In this document: positions 7,952-18,132 of the stretch, piece by piece
Layout of the letters: every line of letters begins with the position of its first letter
Position numbering within the stretch: the stretch's first letter is position 1
Position numbers and translations under genes: made by a program
Source: Gemmatimonadota bacterium
GTDB taxonomy: Bacteria; Latescibacterota; UBA2968; GCA-2709665
DNA: 64,000 bases
Assembly (NCBI GenBank): GCA_028873695.1
Contig: JAPPNU010000002.1
Location: forward strand, 13,728 to 77,727
Direction of reading: 5' to 3'
Notes under the pieces: generated by a model
What the model was told of the DNA's origin: nothing
Seen by the model: only the letters and a program-made list of their open reading frames with translations
Database searches by the model: none

Positions 7952-10900
7952 TTGACGCGCATTCATCCGTCGGATCCGGAGGAGCGTTTGTTGAGATACG
8001 CCGCAATTGCAGCAACCTTGTTCGGCCTTGCTACCGTGGCTGTAGCGGCGCCGCCTGCGAGTGACTCGCGTGACGGTGAACGGGTTGTTTGGCTCATACC
8101 TTCCGGGAAACCCATGGTTTTGCTGACCCAGGTCTGGCGGGGCAGAACCGACGGGACGATGCCCGAAAGGGTGGGTATCTACCTGGGGCCGCCTGGTGAC
8201 GTGGGTTTCCTCCCGGACGGCGGGCTGGTCTACCTGGAGCGGGCGCTGGACCACGTTGCGTTCGGCACGACGCCGCTGGGCAGACTCACGTCCGATTCGC
8301 GCAAACAGCGTCGCCTTCCCCTGGCGCGCAATCGGATATGGCGAATTGACGCTTCCGGCGAGTCCCTCTGGCCGTTGCCCGACGAAATGGACCCCATCGA
8401 TCTGGCGGTTGCGCCGGACGGAAGCCGACTGGCCGTAACGGACCGGGAGGGATTGTGGCTCGTCGATGCATTCGGGCGCGCCAGGCTGCTCGTGCGCGGA
8501 CACGTCCGCGGTCCCCTGGAGTGGTCTCAAGGCGCCAACGCAGTTGCGGCGGTTGTGGAAGGCGAATCGACGTATGTCGGTGTGGACGGCTCCATCGTTC
8601 CGCCGTGGCGAAGCACGAGCGATATATCCGATGGCAGGCCGTTCCAGCCGGCACAGGAAACAGAGATTGACGCCTTGATGCTCATGGTTCACCAGGCGCT
8701 GAACTGGTGGGTCAGGGGTCATCACGCCATGCACCGGGGGGAGTACCGTAGCGCGAGGGATGCCTACCGTGAATCGGTCAGCGGTTTCAAGGAAATTCGA
8801 AAGACGTATGCTTCGCTGGGCCTGTCCCGGGGTAGCTGTCAGGGTTATATCGATGCGATTCGACGCCGTATCAGAAACGACGAGGCGCTGAAGGAAGCGG
8901 TATGCTCGGAACGCCTTCTCGTAGTCGGCGACCTGATTTCAGAGTTCAATTCGGCGCGCGCCAATGTAACAACAACTGGCTTGAGCGCGCTCCTTTCATG
9001 GGCTTCCGCCGAACTGAAGGAACGGCGGTCGGACGCGTCCTCGAGAGCACGGGATCTGGCGCAGCTCAGGCATCTTTTCCAATGTCCTGCAACCGACGAA
9101 CCCCATATGCCTGAAATCGGATACCATTTCCGGCCTGCCGTTCACGCCCCCGGCCCCGTGTTGACGTGCTACTGGCACCGGGGGCGGGTGCAATATCTGC
9201 TGGGAGGTACCGGCGGATACGCGGTGGAGGCGCAGGATGTGCCGCGCGCCGTGGTCGATTCACTCTTTGACCTGGGCGTGGCGCGGCTAAGCAGAGATGA
9301 AGTTGACGAATCGATCTTTCCTCTGCGCGTCGTTGCCCACCAGCGTCCCCGAAATAAAGATGCACACCTGAAACTGGGATATGCGTTTCTGGAGGACAAA
9401 TACTACAGGGGCGCGAAATGGGCATTCAGAAAGGCTGCGGCGCTCCCGGGCAACGACGCCGAAGCCTACTACGGCCTGGGCCTCGTGTTGATGGAACTTC
9501 ACAACGAGCGCTACCAGGCGATAGCCTATTTCAGAAAAGCATTGATGCGCGACCGGGACTACGTGGATGCCCAGTACAAGATCGCACTCGTGAGATATAT
9601 GCTCAACGAACACGACGTGAAGCCGGAGTTGGACCGGGTGCTGAAGACGGATCCGGAGTACGCCGACGCCTATCTGTTGATGGGAGATTGGTACGCCAAC
9701 TTCATGGAGGATTACGAAGAGGCCATTGTCTGGTACACCCGGTATCTGGCGATGCGTCCGGCCGACCAGAAAGTGGGGAGGCGGCTGGGCCATGCGTACC
9801 TGAAAGTGAAGGACTACGACCGGATTCTGGAGAAAGTCCGGGCGTTTACGGACGAGTACCCCGATGCAATCGAACTGATGCCGATCGTGGCTCAGGCCTG
9901 CGCGAAGCGCAACAAATACGATATGGCGATGGGGTTTTTCTCAACGTACATCTCGCGGCTGAATCCGGACCAGCGCGCGCTTTACAAAGATATCGGTCTG
10001 ATTGCTTCATCGGAAGAAATGGCCGAATACGAACAGACGTCGGGCGCTACGCGGGAAGCGTATCTGGAAAGCTTCTGGAACGTAAGGGACCCCGACATAG
10101 GCACGCCGGTAAACGAGCGGTTGCTGGAGCATTACCGCAGGGTCTGGTATGCCAGCCTGGAGTTTTCCAACGGCAAGAAACCCTGGGACCGCCGGGGCGA
10201 GGTGTATATTCGGTTCGGCGACCCGGACCACGTGACGAGTTCACGGAACGTGAATTTTCAGCATAGCTTGCCCGTGCTGCGCGTGAAGGAACGACTCGCC
10301 AGACAGCTATATGGAACCGAGGCGATCGGCACGTCGTTTATGGGTCCTGTTTTTCCCATCCGTAATTTCGCTCTGGAGCGCGACATCCTCGGATTCGAAA
10401 GCGCCGCGGCCGACCTGGGCATCGAGGGCGAGCGCGACGCCTTCACGGGAGGGGACCCGGATGGTTCCGATGCCAATCTGAGGCAGATGACAACGTCGGA
10501 GGGAAGCCGGGACGGGGGCTCGTCGACCGACCGCAATAACACGGAACGTCCCAGCAGCGCAGGTACAATCGGCGAGGGCGGAGATATCGGCCAGACTGAA
10601 CTCGCAAGCGCGGTGACTGGGCCCCTGCCGTCCGGCATCAGCACGGAGATTTTCGCGGGATCGGGATTCAGTCCGGTACTGGGCGCGGGGGCCGACCTCG
10701 GTTCGACGCCGTGGGAGTCGTGGGTCTACCTCAATGTCGATGGCGGGATCGAGATTACGTTTACGGACGAGTTCAACTCGCAGGTATTTGATTTTGCACC
10801 GGTACCGGATGCGCCTGATCTGAATATCGATCAGGTTTCGAAGTTTCGTCGTTTTTCGCCAGAGAAGGTATTCACGCAGGCGGTCGCTCTGACTCCCGAT

Positions 10901-11737
10901 ACCTTCACACCCGAATACGCTGAAGCGCCTTTTGACTTCTACTATACATTGGCCGACTTCAAAGGGCCGGACGGCAAAAGCGCTCTGGAGATCTACTATG
11001 GCATTCCGTGCGCCTCGACCAACTATCTGCCCGAACATAATGTCACACAGGTGGCCGTCCGCCGGCAACTGGCGCTGCTCTCGCCGCATTCGGAAAAAGT
11101 CTACCGGAAGACTGCCGAAATGTTTTACAAGAGGCCGGGGAATCGAACGGGCCCGGACGTCGTCCTCCCGGACGTGGTCAGGCTTGAAGTGCCGCCCGGC
11201 GTCTACAGGTTGGAAGTCAAGGCTCGCGATCGAATGACGGGCCGGCTTGGGATATACCGGCAGCAGGTGGTCGTTGAGTCTTACCATAGAGAGGGTCTCC
11301 GCGTGAGCGACCTGGCATTGGCGTATAATGTCAGCGAGTCCGCCGCTGATCCTGGCAAATTCGGAAAAAACGGTCTGAACGTGATTCCGATGCCGTCACG
11401 AACCTTCGGAACCGGCCAGAATGTGTTTGTCTATTACGAGATTTACAACTTGAAGCGTGACGAGTTCGGCCAGACCCGGTACCGGGTCGAGTATACGATG
11501 GGGCCTAAGGCAGGCGGCGTGCTTTCGAGGCTGGCACAGACGCTAACGGGGAAGTCGAAAAAGCAGGGCGTGGCGATCGGATATGAACAACTCGGGCTGC
11601 ACGAGTCTGAAGTGGCGTATACGGAGCTGGAACTCGGAGAGGCACGACCGGGACGGCACTACCTCAACGTGAAGGTAACGGATTTAAACAGTGGTAGATC
11701 CTTCGCGAAGGAAACCACGTTTGTCGTGCAGAAATAA
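7952..11737 (+). CDS. Large secreted TPR + GWxTD-domain protein
   Basis: Signal-like segment, TPR-like repeats (AEAYYGLG, YADAYLLMG), FWNVRDPD..TPVNERLLEHYRRV..WDRRGEVYIRFGDPD; start codon uncertain (TTG 7952 or ~7991). Confidence 0.85.
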   Translation: MTRIHPSDPEERLLRYAAIAATLFGLATVAVAAPPASDSRDGERVVWLIPSGKPMVLLTQVWRGRTDGTMPERVGIYLGPPGDVGFLPDGGLVYLERALDHVAFGTTPLGRLTSDSRKQRRLPLARNRIWRIDASGESLWPLPDEMDPIDLAVAPDGSRLAVTDREGLWLVDAFGRARLLVRGHVRGPLEWSQGANAVAAVVEGESTYVGVDGSIVPPWRSTSDISDGRPFQPAQETEIDALMLMVHQALNWWVRGHHAMHRGEYRSARDAYRESVSGFKEIRKTYASLGLSRGSCQGYIDAIRRRIRNDEALKEAVCSERLLVVGDLISEFNSARANVTTTGLSALLSWASAELKERRSDASSRARDLAQLRHLFQCPATDEPHMPEIGYHFRPAVHAPGPVLTCYWHRGRVQYLLGGTGGYAVEAQDVPRAVVDSLFDLGVARLSRDEVDESIFPLRVVAHQRPRNKDAHLKLGYAFLEDKYYRGAKWAFRKAAALPGNDAEAYYGLGLVLMELHNERYQAIAYFRKALMRDRDYVDAQYKIALVRYMLNEHDVKPELDRVLKTDPEYADAYLLMGDWYANFMEDYEEAIVWYTRYLAMRPADQKVGRRLGHAYLKVKDYDRILEKVRAFTDEYPDAIELMPIVAQACAKRNKYDMAMGFFSTYISRLNPDQRALYKDIGLIASSEEMAEYEQTSGATREAYLESFWNVRDPDIGTPVNERLLEHYRRVWYASLEFSNGKKPWDRRGEVYIRFGDPDHVTSSRNVNFQHSLPVLRVKERLARQLYGTEAIGTSFMGPVFPIRNFALERDILGFESAAADLGIEGERDAFTGGDPDGSDANLRQMTTSEGSRDGGSSTDRNNTERPSSAGTIGEGGDIGQTELASAVTGPLPSGISTEIFAGSGFSPVLGAGADLGSTPWESWVYLNVDGGIEITFTDEFNSQVFDFAPVPDAPDLNIDQVSKFRRFSPEKVFTQAVALTPDTFTPEYAEAPFDFYYTLADFKGPDGKSALEIYYGIPCASTNYLPEHNVTQVAVRRQLALLSPHSEKVYRKTAEMFYKRPGNRTGPDVVLPDVVRLEVPPGVYRLEVKARDRMTGRLGIYRQQVVVESYHREGLRVSDLALAYNVSESAADPGKFGKNGLNVIPMPSRTFGTGQNVFVYYEIYNLKRDEFGQTRYRVEYTMGPKAGGVLSRLAQTLTGKSKKQGVAIGYEQLGLHESEVAYTELELGEARPGRHYLNVKVTDLNSGRSFAKETTFVVQK

Positions 11738-11776
11738 CTCGTCGCCAGGAAACTGACGAGATGGGGAAAAACGCCG

Positions 11777-12937
11777 GTGAAGGAGTATGCGCATATGGCG
11801 CGGGTGTTGTTATGTTTTTCACTTTTTTTTGTGCTCGCATTTGTACCTGCGCGTGCGTGGGCGGAAAGGGTCACTATTGAAGACGTGGACTTCGACGGCA
11901 ATGGAACCATCGATCTGACCGACTTCGTCCTGTTCGCGCGAGCGTATCAGTCGGACGACCCGATATACGATCTGGACGGCAGTCGCGCGGTGGACCTGCC
12001 CGACTTTTTAATTTTCGCATCCTTCTTCGGGCAGATCGTGGTCGAATTTCCGGTGGTACCGATACTGAAGCATGAACTTCTGGATGTGCCGGCCGGCGAA
12101 TTCACCATGGGGACCGACCGTGGAGGGCTGCCGCCGGACGGGCCTGAACACGTCGTCTACCTGGACGCGTTCAAGATAGACAAATACGAGGTAAACAACG
12201 CGCAATACATCGCCTTTCTGAATGACAGAAACCGGAATACCAAAACTGTGGGTCGCACGGCGCCCTGGCAGACGGACGAAGATATCGCATACGAGAACGC
12301 GGTGAACCGCAATCGGGACCCGGAAGACAACGTACTCTACAATCTGAATTCGAGAAGAGCGGACATTCGGATTTCGATAGACGTTCTGGCCGGACGCGAA
12401 GGGGACGAAGACGGGGAAGACGAGGAATTGGGGCGTACCATCAAGGATGAGTACGTGCTGAAAGCGTTCTACCTGGCCAACCGGGCGGTGACGAACGTGA
12501 CCTGGTACGGCGCAAAGGCGTACTGTGAATGGGCCGGAATGCGGCTTCCCACGGAAGCGGAGTGGGAAAAGGCGGCGCGGGGCACAGACAAGCGGCCCTA
12601 TCCCTGGGGTTCCGCCACGCCCACCCCTGAACACGCGAATATTGCCGATCTTGTGGGTCGTACGGTGGACGTCGGCAGCCACCCGAGGGGCGCGAGCCCA
12701 TACGGGGCGCACGATATGTCGGGCAATGCCTGGGAGTGGTGCGAAGACTGGTTCAATCCGGATTACTATAACGACACGCCAAAGGAAAATCCGAAAGGGC
12801 CTGAAATCGGGCTGAACCGCGTTATGCGGGGCGGTTCATGGAAATTTCGGGACCTTGCCGACACGACCACCAGGTGGTTCGACGCGCCGTTTGCCACGGA
12901 CGAACAAATCGGTTTCCGGTGTGCGAGTGATTTCTGA
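11777..12937 (+). CDS. Secreted FGE/SUMF1-domain protein with an N-terminal EF-hand/dockerin-like pair
   Basis: DFDGNGTIDLTDF and DLDGSRAVDLPDF; VPAGEFTMG, RLPTEAEWEKAARG, DMSGNAWEW, RGGSW, IGFRCA. Confidence 0.88.
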   Translation: MKEYAHMARVLLCFSLFFVLAFVPARAWAERVTIEDVDFDGNGTIDLTDFVLFARAYQSDDPIYDLDGSRAVDLPDFLIFASFFGQIVVEFPVVPILKHELLDVPAGEFTMGTDRGGLPPDGPEHVVYLDAFKIDKYEVNNAQYIAFLNDRNRNTKTVGRTAPWQTDEDIAYENAVNRNRDPEDNVLYNLNSRRADIRISIDVLAGREGDEDGEDEELGRTIKDEYVLKAFYLANRAVTNVTWYGAKAYCEWAGMRLPTEAEWEKAARGTDKRPYPWGSATPTPEHANIADLVGRTVDVGSHPRGASPYGAHDMSGNAWEWCEDWFNPDYYNDTPKENPKGPEIGLNRVMRGGSWKFRDLADTTTRWFDAPFATDEQIGFRCASDF

Positions 12938-13025
12938 CGTTCCTGACGTGCGGCGGCAAACGACGCTGGTAATGGGAGGAACCGGCAGGCCGGTCAAATG
13001 GGACCAGGTGTGAGGGTAAGCGAAG

Positions 13026-14267
13026 ATGCGGATTGGAATTGATCGTGTGTGGCGGTGTAGCATATGGTTTGTCTTCGGATTGCTTGCCTGTTTTCTCCTG
13101 GCGTGCGGTGACGACAACCCCGTCGAATCCGACGACGACGAGGAACCGATTGCACCGCCTTCGCTGTGTTCGGATACGCCGGGGACGATCTGCACGTGGG
13201 CGGGCACCGGGGATGCGGGTTGGGACGGCGACGGCAACGTATTGCTGTTGTCGACGTTTTACTGGCCCGTGGACGTGATGGTTACCCATGAGGGCCGGGT
13301 TTACGTTCTGGATTGGGCGAACCATCGCGTGCGGCGAGCGGCCCTGGGCGACAGCACGCTGGAGACGGCGATCGGAAGCGGACTCATGGGCGACGGATCC
13401 TACGCGCAGTCCGAGCGTATTCCGCCGGGGGCGCCCGGGAGGTCCGTCAATTTAAGTCACCCCACGCATCTCCTCCAGTTGTCAGGCGGGGCGTATCTGC
13501 TCACGGCCTGGCGAAACCACAAGCTGCGGATATTCGATCCCGTCAGCGGCAGGGTGAGGGTATTCCTGGGAGACACGCCGGGGTTTTCCGGTGACGGCGG
13601 CGCTGCGGAGGACGCGCTCTTGAACCTTCCTTCGCAGACGGTGCTCGCACCCGACAACACGCTGTACGTACTGGACCAGCGAAACCTGCGGGTAAGGAAG
13701 ATCGATGCAGGCAGCGTCATTACCACGGTGATAGGATCGGGAACGGCCGGATTCAGCGGCGACGGCGGCCCGCCCCGCCTGGCGCAACTGAACCTCCCGG
13801 CGGGAAACAATCCACGGCCAGCGGGCGGATTGGCTCTGGGGCCCGACGGAGACCTCTATATTTCCGACACACTCAACCAGCGGATTCGGCGGGTGGACTT
13901 CGAAAGGGATCTGATCGACACCGTCGCGGGCACGGGCCTGGCCGGATTCAGCGGGGACGGCGGTCCGGCCACGCAGGCGAACTTGAACAACCCGCGGGAC
14001 ATTCAGTTCGGTCCGGACGGGCGGCTGTACATCGCCGATGAGATGAACCATCGCGTCCGGGCGATCGACCTGGCTACCGGGACGATTACAACGGTGGCAG
14101 GAAACGGGCAACCGGGATTCAGTGGAGACGGAGGCCCGGCGACGTCGGCCGCATTGAACCGGCCCGCGGGCGTCGCGTTCGATGAGGCAGACGGTCACCT
14201 CTACATTGCCGATACGTACAACCATCGCATCCGGCTCGTAACGCTCTCGGGACCGGGAAGGCTCTGA
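13026..14267 (+). CDS. NHL-repeat lipoprotein
   Basis: Lipobox LLAC; repeated GFSGDGGPA..A.LN.P and LYIAD..NHRIR units. Confidence 0.9.
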   Translation: MRIGIDRVWRCSIWFVFGLLACFLLACGDDNPVESDDDEEPIAPPSLCSDTPGTICTWAGTGDAGWDGDGNVLLLSTFYWPVDVMVTHEGRVYVLDWANHRVRRAALGDSTLETAIGSGLMGDGSYAQSERIPPGAPGRSVNLSHPTHLLQLSGGAYLLTAWRNHKLRIFDPVSGRVRVFLGDTPGFSGDGGAAEDALLNLPSQTVLAPDNTLYVLDQRNLRVRKIDAGSVITTVIGSGTAGFSGDGGPPRLAQLNLPAGNNPRPAGGLALGPDGDLYISDTLNQRIRRVDFERDLIDTVAGTGLAGFSGDGGPATQANLNNPRDIQFGPDGRLYIADEMNHRVRAIDLATGTITTVAGNGQPGFSGDGGPATSAALNRPAGVAFDEADGHLYIADTYNHRIRLVTLSGPGRL

Positions 14268-14278
14268 GATAAACGGAC

Positions 14279-15775
14279 GTGACTGACGGACAGGAGGCGA
14301 GGAGGCCCGTCTTGCCCGACCAACCCAATTTCCTGGTGATCATGTCGGACCAGCACAACCGGAACTACATGGGTTGTGCCGGAGATCCGGTCGTCCGAAC
14401 GCCGCACCTCGACGCCCTGGCGGACCGCGGCGTGCTGTTCGAGAATACCTACTGCGGGTCGCCGCTTTGCGTGCCGTCGCGGATGACCTTTCTCACGGGA
14501 CGACATGCGTCTGATATCGAAGTATGGTCCAATGCGTGTCCTCTCAGGTCGGATATTCCAACATTCGCACACGGTCTGGGGCTGGCGGGATACGAGACGG
14601 TCCTGGGCGGCAGGATGCACTTCGTCGGACCGGACCAGCTTCACGGATTCGAGAGGCGCATCATTGGAGACGTTTCGGGTCCGCTTCCGGGCGGACCGGG
14701 CCCCGATCTGGGACCTATTCCGACGGGTACGACCGGCCAGTCCCGTCGCTCGGTTGAAATCTCCGGACCGGGCCGAACGGCCTACCAGGCTTACGACGTG
14801 GCGGTAACCGAGGCGTGTCGTGAGTTTCTCGAAAGCCGCGACCGGTCCGGCCCCGGGCGACCCTTTTGCCTGGTAACGGGCTATGTGCTGCCGCATTGCC
14901 CGTTTATCTGTCCCGGGGATTTATACCGTGATTATTACGATCGGGTGGCACTGCCGGCCGTTCCCGATGGCTACCTGGATGGGCTGCATCCGGCGATGCG
15001 TCTCTGGCGCGAGAAGCGCGGTGTCAACGGTTTGGACGATGACGCGGTGCGCCGTGCACGCGCAGCCTACTACGGCCTTGTCACGTTCCTGGATGACCTG
15101 ATCGGGCGGTTGCTCGAAACACTGGCTTCGACGTCGTTCGCGGACAACACCGTGGTGATCTATCTCTCGGACCACGGCGAGATGGCCGGTGAGCACGGGA
15201 TGTGGTGGAAGAGCAGCTTTTACGAGGGGTCCGCCGGCGTGCCGATGATTGCGTCGTTCCCGGGCCGATTCGAAGAGGGTCGGCGTGTCGATGCCGTGAC
15301 CAGCCTGCTGGACGTCGGCCCCACGCTGATCGATCTGGCCGGCGGAGATCCCCTGCCGGAGGTCGCTGGCCGCAGCCTCCGGTTTTTCCTCGAGGGCGAC
15401 GGACGGGCGCCGGGTTGGTCGAATGAGGTGTTTTCCGAGAATTACAGCGGAGCCGACGAACCGCCCGGCCGGATGGTCCGCCAGGGTCCCTGGAAGTTGA
15501 ATTGTTACCATGGGTTCGATGAGCCGCAGTTGTTCAATCTGGTCGACGATCCCCATGAATTCAACGACCTGGCGCGAGATCCGGGTTGCGAGGAGGTGAG
15601 GGAGGCTCTCCTGGAGCGGGTCCGGGGGGCATGGTGCGGGGGCGCGATCGGGCCGACGCTGCAACGACGGGCCGACGGGCGGGGTGTGTTGCGAAGGTGG
15701 GCCGGCGCGGTAGAACACGATCTGGCGGGTTACTGGAAGGCGCCGCCCGGGTGTAACGTATTTCCGGAAGAATGA
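14279..15775 (+). CDS. Cys-type sulfatase (choline-sulfatase-like)
   Basis: PNFLVIMSDQH, CVPSR, SDHGEMAGEHGMWWK. Confidence 0.92.
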   Translation: MTDGQEARRPVLPDQPNFLVIMSDQHNRNYMGCAGDPVVRTPHLDALADRGVLFENTYCGSPLCVPSRMTFLTGRHASDIEVWSNACPLRSDIPTFAHGLGLAGYETVLGGRMHFVGPDQLHGFERRIIGDVSGPLPGGPGPDLGPIPTGTTGQSRRSVEISGPGRTAYQAYDVAVTEACREFLESRDRSGPGRPFCLVTGYVLPHCPFICPGDLYRDYYDRVALPAVPDGYLDGLHPAMRLWREKRGVNGLDDDAVRRARAAYYGLVTFLDDLIGRLLETLASTSFADNTVVIYLSDHGEMAGEHGMWWKSSFYEGSAGVPMIASFPGRFEEGRRVDAVTSLLDVGPTLIDLAGGDPLPEVAGRSLRFFLEGDGRAPGWSNEVFSENYSGADEPPGRMVRQGPWKLNCYHGFDEPQLFNLVDDPHEFNDLARDPGCEEVREALLERVRGAWCGGAIGPTLQRRADGRGVLRRWAGAVEHDLAGYWKAPPGCNVFPEE

Positions 15776-15955
15776 ACCGCTGAAGAGGATGTCGGATCAA
15801 CAGGCCCTGCCGGGAGGCTGTTTGGACGAAAAACAGCTTACCCGCGCAGGGCGGTTTTCTGCCGGTCGTTGCACGGACAGACCCCGATGCCCCGAAGGGC
15901 GGATTACATTAACGTCCCTTATCCTCAATTCAAAGAAAGACGACAATCAAATCGT

Positions 15956-15983
15956 CCACAAAAGGCACAAAAACACAGAAGGG
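15956..15983 (+). repeat. CCACAAAAGGCACA-type short repeat; inverted copy at 35014-35032
   Basis: CCACAAAAGGCACAAAAACACAGAAGGG vs the reverse complement of CCTTCTGTGCCTTTTGTGG. Confidence 0.5.
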
Positions 15984-16129
15984 ACCGGTGCGAAGCGAGG
16001 TATCGAGGTCGTCAACAAGGATGATATTTCCGTTCACGTCAAAGGACCTGGTGTATCCTGGTAATCCGCAGTTTAATCGCCTTTATCTACTTGCACATAT
16101 ACGAATTAACCTCCCCGAAAAATGACGAA

Positions 16130-17866
16130 TCACGGTCGGTCTTCCAAAACGGGCAGGACGACGTACGACGGCCGGTTCGCGTCGTGGAAGACGGTGTTGA
16201 CGGCGATCTGGCCGGTGACTTCCTCGCCGAAGGGACCCCCTGTGTTGAGGTTTCGATCGTACCGGGGGTAATCGCTGCTGGTAATCTCTATGCGCATCCG
16301 GTGCCCCGGTAGAAATACCTGTGCCGTGGCGGACATGTCTATTTCATACCTGTAGATCTTTCCCGGCGTCAGCAGTTCCTGCCGTTGCAGGGAGTTCCGG
16401 AATCGCGCTCTCAGGATGCCGTCGCAGACGGGCATGGAACGGCCGTCCGGCCAGACGTCGCAGAGCCTGACCACCCAGTCCGTATCCGGCGCCGACGAGA
16501 GGCCGTGCAGGATGGCTTTGACGGGTCCGATGACGGTCAGGTCGCGTTTTAATTCACTGGAGGTGTAGGTGAGCATTTCGCCTTCCAGTCCCCTGTGGTC
16601 AACGGGACCCAGCGTTGGATAGAAGCGCAGCCCGGGCATGGGGTTGTTCGGATCGTACGCAAAGCTGTCCGGATGTTCGGCGTTGTCGGGCGGATCGAAG
16701 GTCAGCCCGCCGTTGTTGAGCGAGGTTTCGTCTTTTCCGGAACCCGCTCGAAAATACGCAGACCGGTACGTGATTCCCGGAGGCGGCCAGTCGTCGAAAT
16801 CCAGCCACTCATTCTTGCCCATCAGGAAAATGCGTACCGGCGGCCCCTCCATGATGCCGTTGTCTATACCCTTCAGCCAGTAATCGTACCACTGCAGACG
16901 GTGCGCACTCATGTCGAACACCGCCTGAGGGCCGAAGTCGAGTTCGCCGACGACACGTTTTGCGGCGTTGCCCGGTCCGTGGATCCAGGGTCCGATGAGC
17001 AGGCGTTGCCCTTGCCGGCAGGCCCGGGTTCGACCGTATTTTCGGATTCCCTGGAAGGCCTGCAGCGTGCCGTCCAGGAAGACGTCGAACCACGCGCCGA
17101 AGTGCAGCATGGGGGTGTCGACGTCGCCGAATCTCGAGGCGATATTGGTGGGCCACCAGTAGGGACCGTCTTCGGGGTGGTCCAGGTATTCGAAGTACCA
17201 GTCGAGCAGTCCTTCCAGGGGCGGGAAAGACTTCAATGGAAGGTGCCGCTCCCAGTCTTCGTATTCATCGAATGCGCTTGCCAGACGCGCCGTCGCGGCT
17301 TCAAGGCCCTGTGGCGCGCTTTCGTGTTTCAGCTGGGCCAGCAGCGTCTGCATCGCCCACTTTTGGAAGGGTAGCGAGAAGGCGCCGTACCGGTACCAGA
17401 AGCCGCTGTAATAGTCCGCGCCGCCCTGGCGCACATAGAGCGCCGTCAGGTGCGGAGGCCGGGTCGGGGCGACCATGTACTGGGAGAATCCGGAATAGGA
17501 GCCGTCGGCCATCCCGACGCGGCCGTTGGACCAGGGCTGCACGCCCGCCCATTCGATGGTATCGTACCCGTCGCGGTTGGCGCCCCAGCCGTCGTCCAGG
17601 AAGGGTCGCCACTCGCCCTCGGAGGCGAAGGTGCCCCGAACGTTCTGGCCAACGAAGACGTAACCCCGGCTTGCGAAGAACTCGCCGTTCGACGTGCACC
17701 GGCCGACCAGCTCGTAGGCAACCCGTTCCACGATGACGGGATATCTGCCATCGGCTTCGGGGCGGTAGACGTCGGCACGCAGGACGACGCCGTCTCGCAT
17801 CTTTATGGGTATATTGCGTTCTACGCGTACTGAATGTCGCGGTTCGGACAGCGCCGTATCAGACAT
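16130..17866 (-). CDS. CocE/NonD family (X-Pro dipeptidyl peptidase S15-like) hydrolase
   Basis: MRDGVVLRADVYRP, QPWSNGRVG, GSYSG nucleophile elbow, IGPWIH, YPRYDRNLNTG. Confidence 0.92.
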   Translation of the reverse strand: MSDTALSEPRHSVRVERNIPIKMRDGVVLRADVYRPEADGRYPVIVERVAYELVGRCTSNGEFFASRGYVFVGQNVRGTFASEGEWRPFLDDGWGANRDGYDTIEWAGVQPWSNGRVGMADGSYSGFSQYMVAPTRPPHLTALYVRQGGADYYSGFWYRYGAFSLPFQKWAMQTLLAQLKHESAPQGLEAATARLASAFDEYEDWERHLPLKSFPPLEGLLDWYFEYLDHPEDGPYWWPTNIASRFGDVDTPMLHFGAWFDVFLDGTLQAFQGIRKYGRTRACRQGQRLLIGPWIHGPGNAAKRVVGELDFGPQAVFDMSAHRLQWYDYWLKGIDNGIMEGPPVRIFLMGKNEWLDFDDWPPPGITYRSAYFRAGSGKDETSLNNGGLTFDPPDNAEHPDSFAYDPNNPMPGLRFYPTLGPVDHRGLEGEMLTYTSSELKRDLTVIGPVKAILHGLSSAPDTDWVVRLCDVWPDGRSMPVCDGILRARFRNSLQRQELLTPGKIYRYEIDMSATAQVFLPGHRMRIEITSSDYPRYDRNLNTGGPFGEEVTGQIAVNTVFHDANRPSYVVLPVLEDRP

Positions 17867-18103
17867 GAGAATCTCCTCTATAGGGTTTCTTTCACGTTGT
17901 CCCAGTCTGCCACACGTCCCGATGAACATTTGACGCGGTGTCAACTTCGGCGGAGGAAACCGACCGCCCGGTGTCGACGCATCGAATCTTCATCGATGTT
18001 CAATATACCGACAGAGTCGTTCCATGGCCGGTTCCAACACAGACGGATCCGGACGCGCCACCGGGCTTCGCCCGCTCTATCGGGATTCCCTCGCAATGTC
18101 TCC

Positions 18104-18132
18104 TTGCAAAGGATCCGGGTTCGCAGTATCAT
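18104..18132 (+). promoter_or_regulatory. Putative sigma70 promoter upstream of the ADH gene
   Basis: TTGCAA-17 nt-TATCAT. Confidence 0.5.

Noticed and set aside
12820-12937. FGE/C-type-lectin C-terminus as a DGR variable region
   Set aside because: No template repeat or reverse transcriptase was seen in the window
13570-14170. Repeated GGATTCAGCGG.GACGG.GG.CCG DNA units as a CRISPR-like array
   Set aside because: They are in-frame NHL protein repeats (GFSGDGGP) with codon-level divergence
15789-16064. 91-aa ORF between the sulfatase and CocE genes
   Set aside because: It overlaps a hairpin and a short repeat and has no recognisable motif
17930-17944. TTGAC-GCGGT-GTCAA as an FNR/CRP box
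   Set aside because: The spacer is 5 nt rather than 4; it could simply be back-to-back -35-like hexamers
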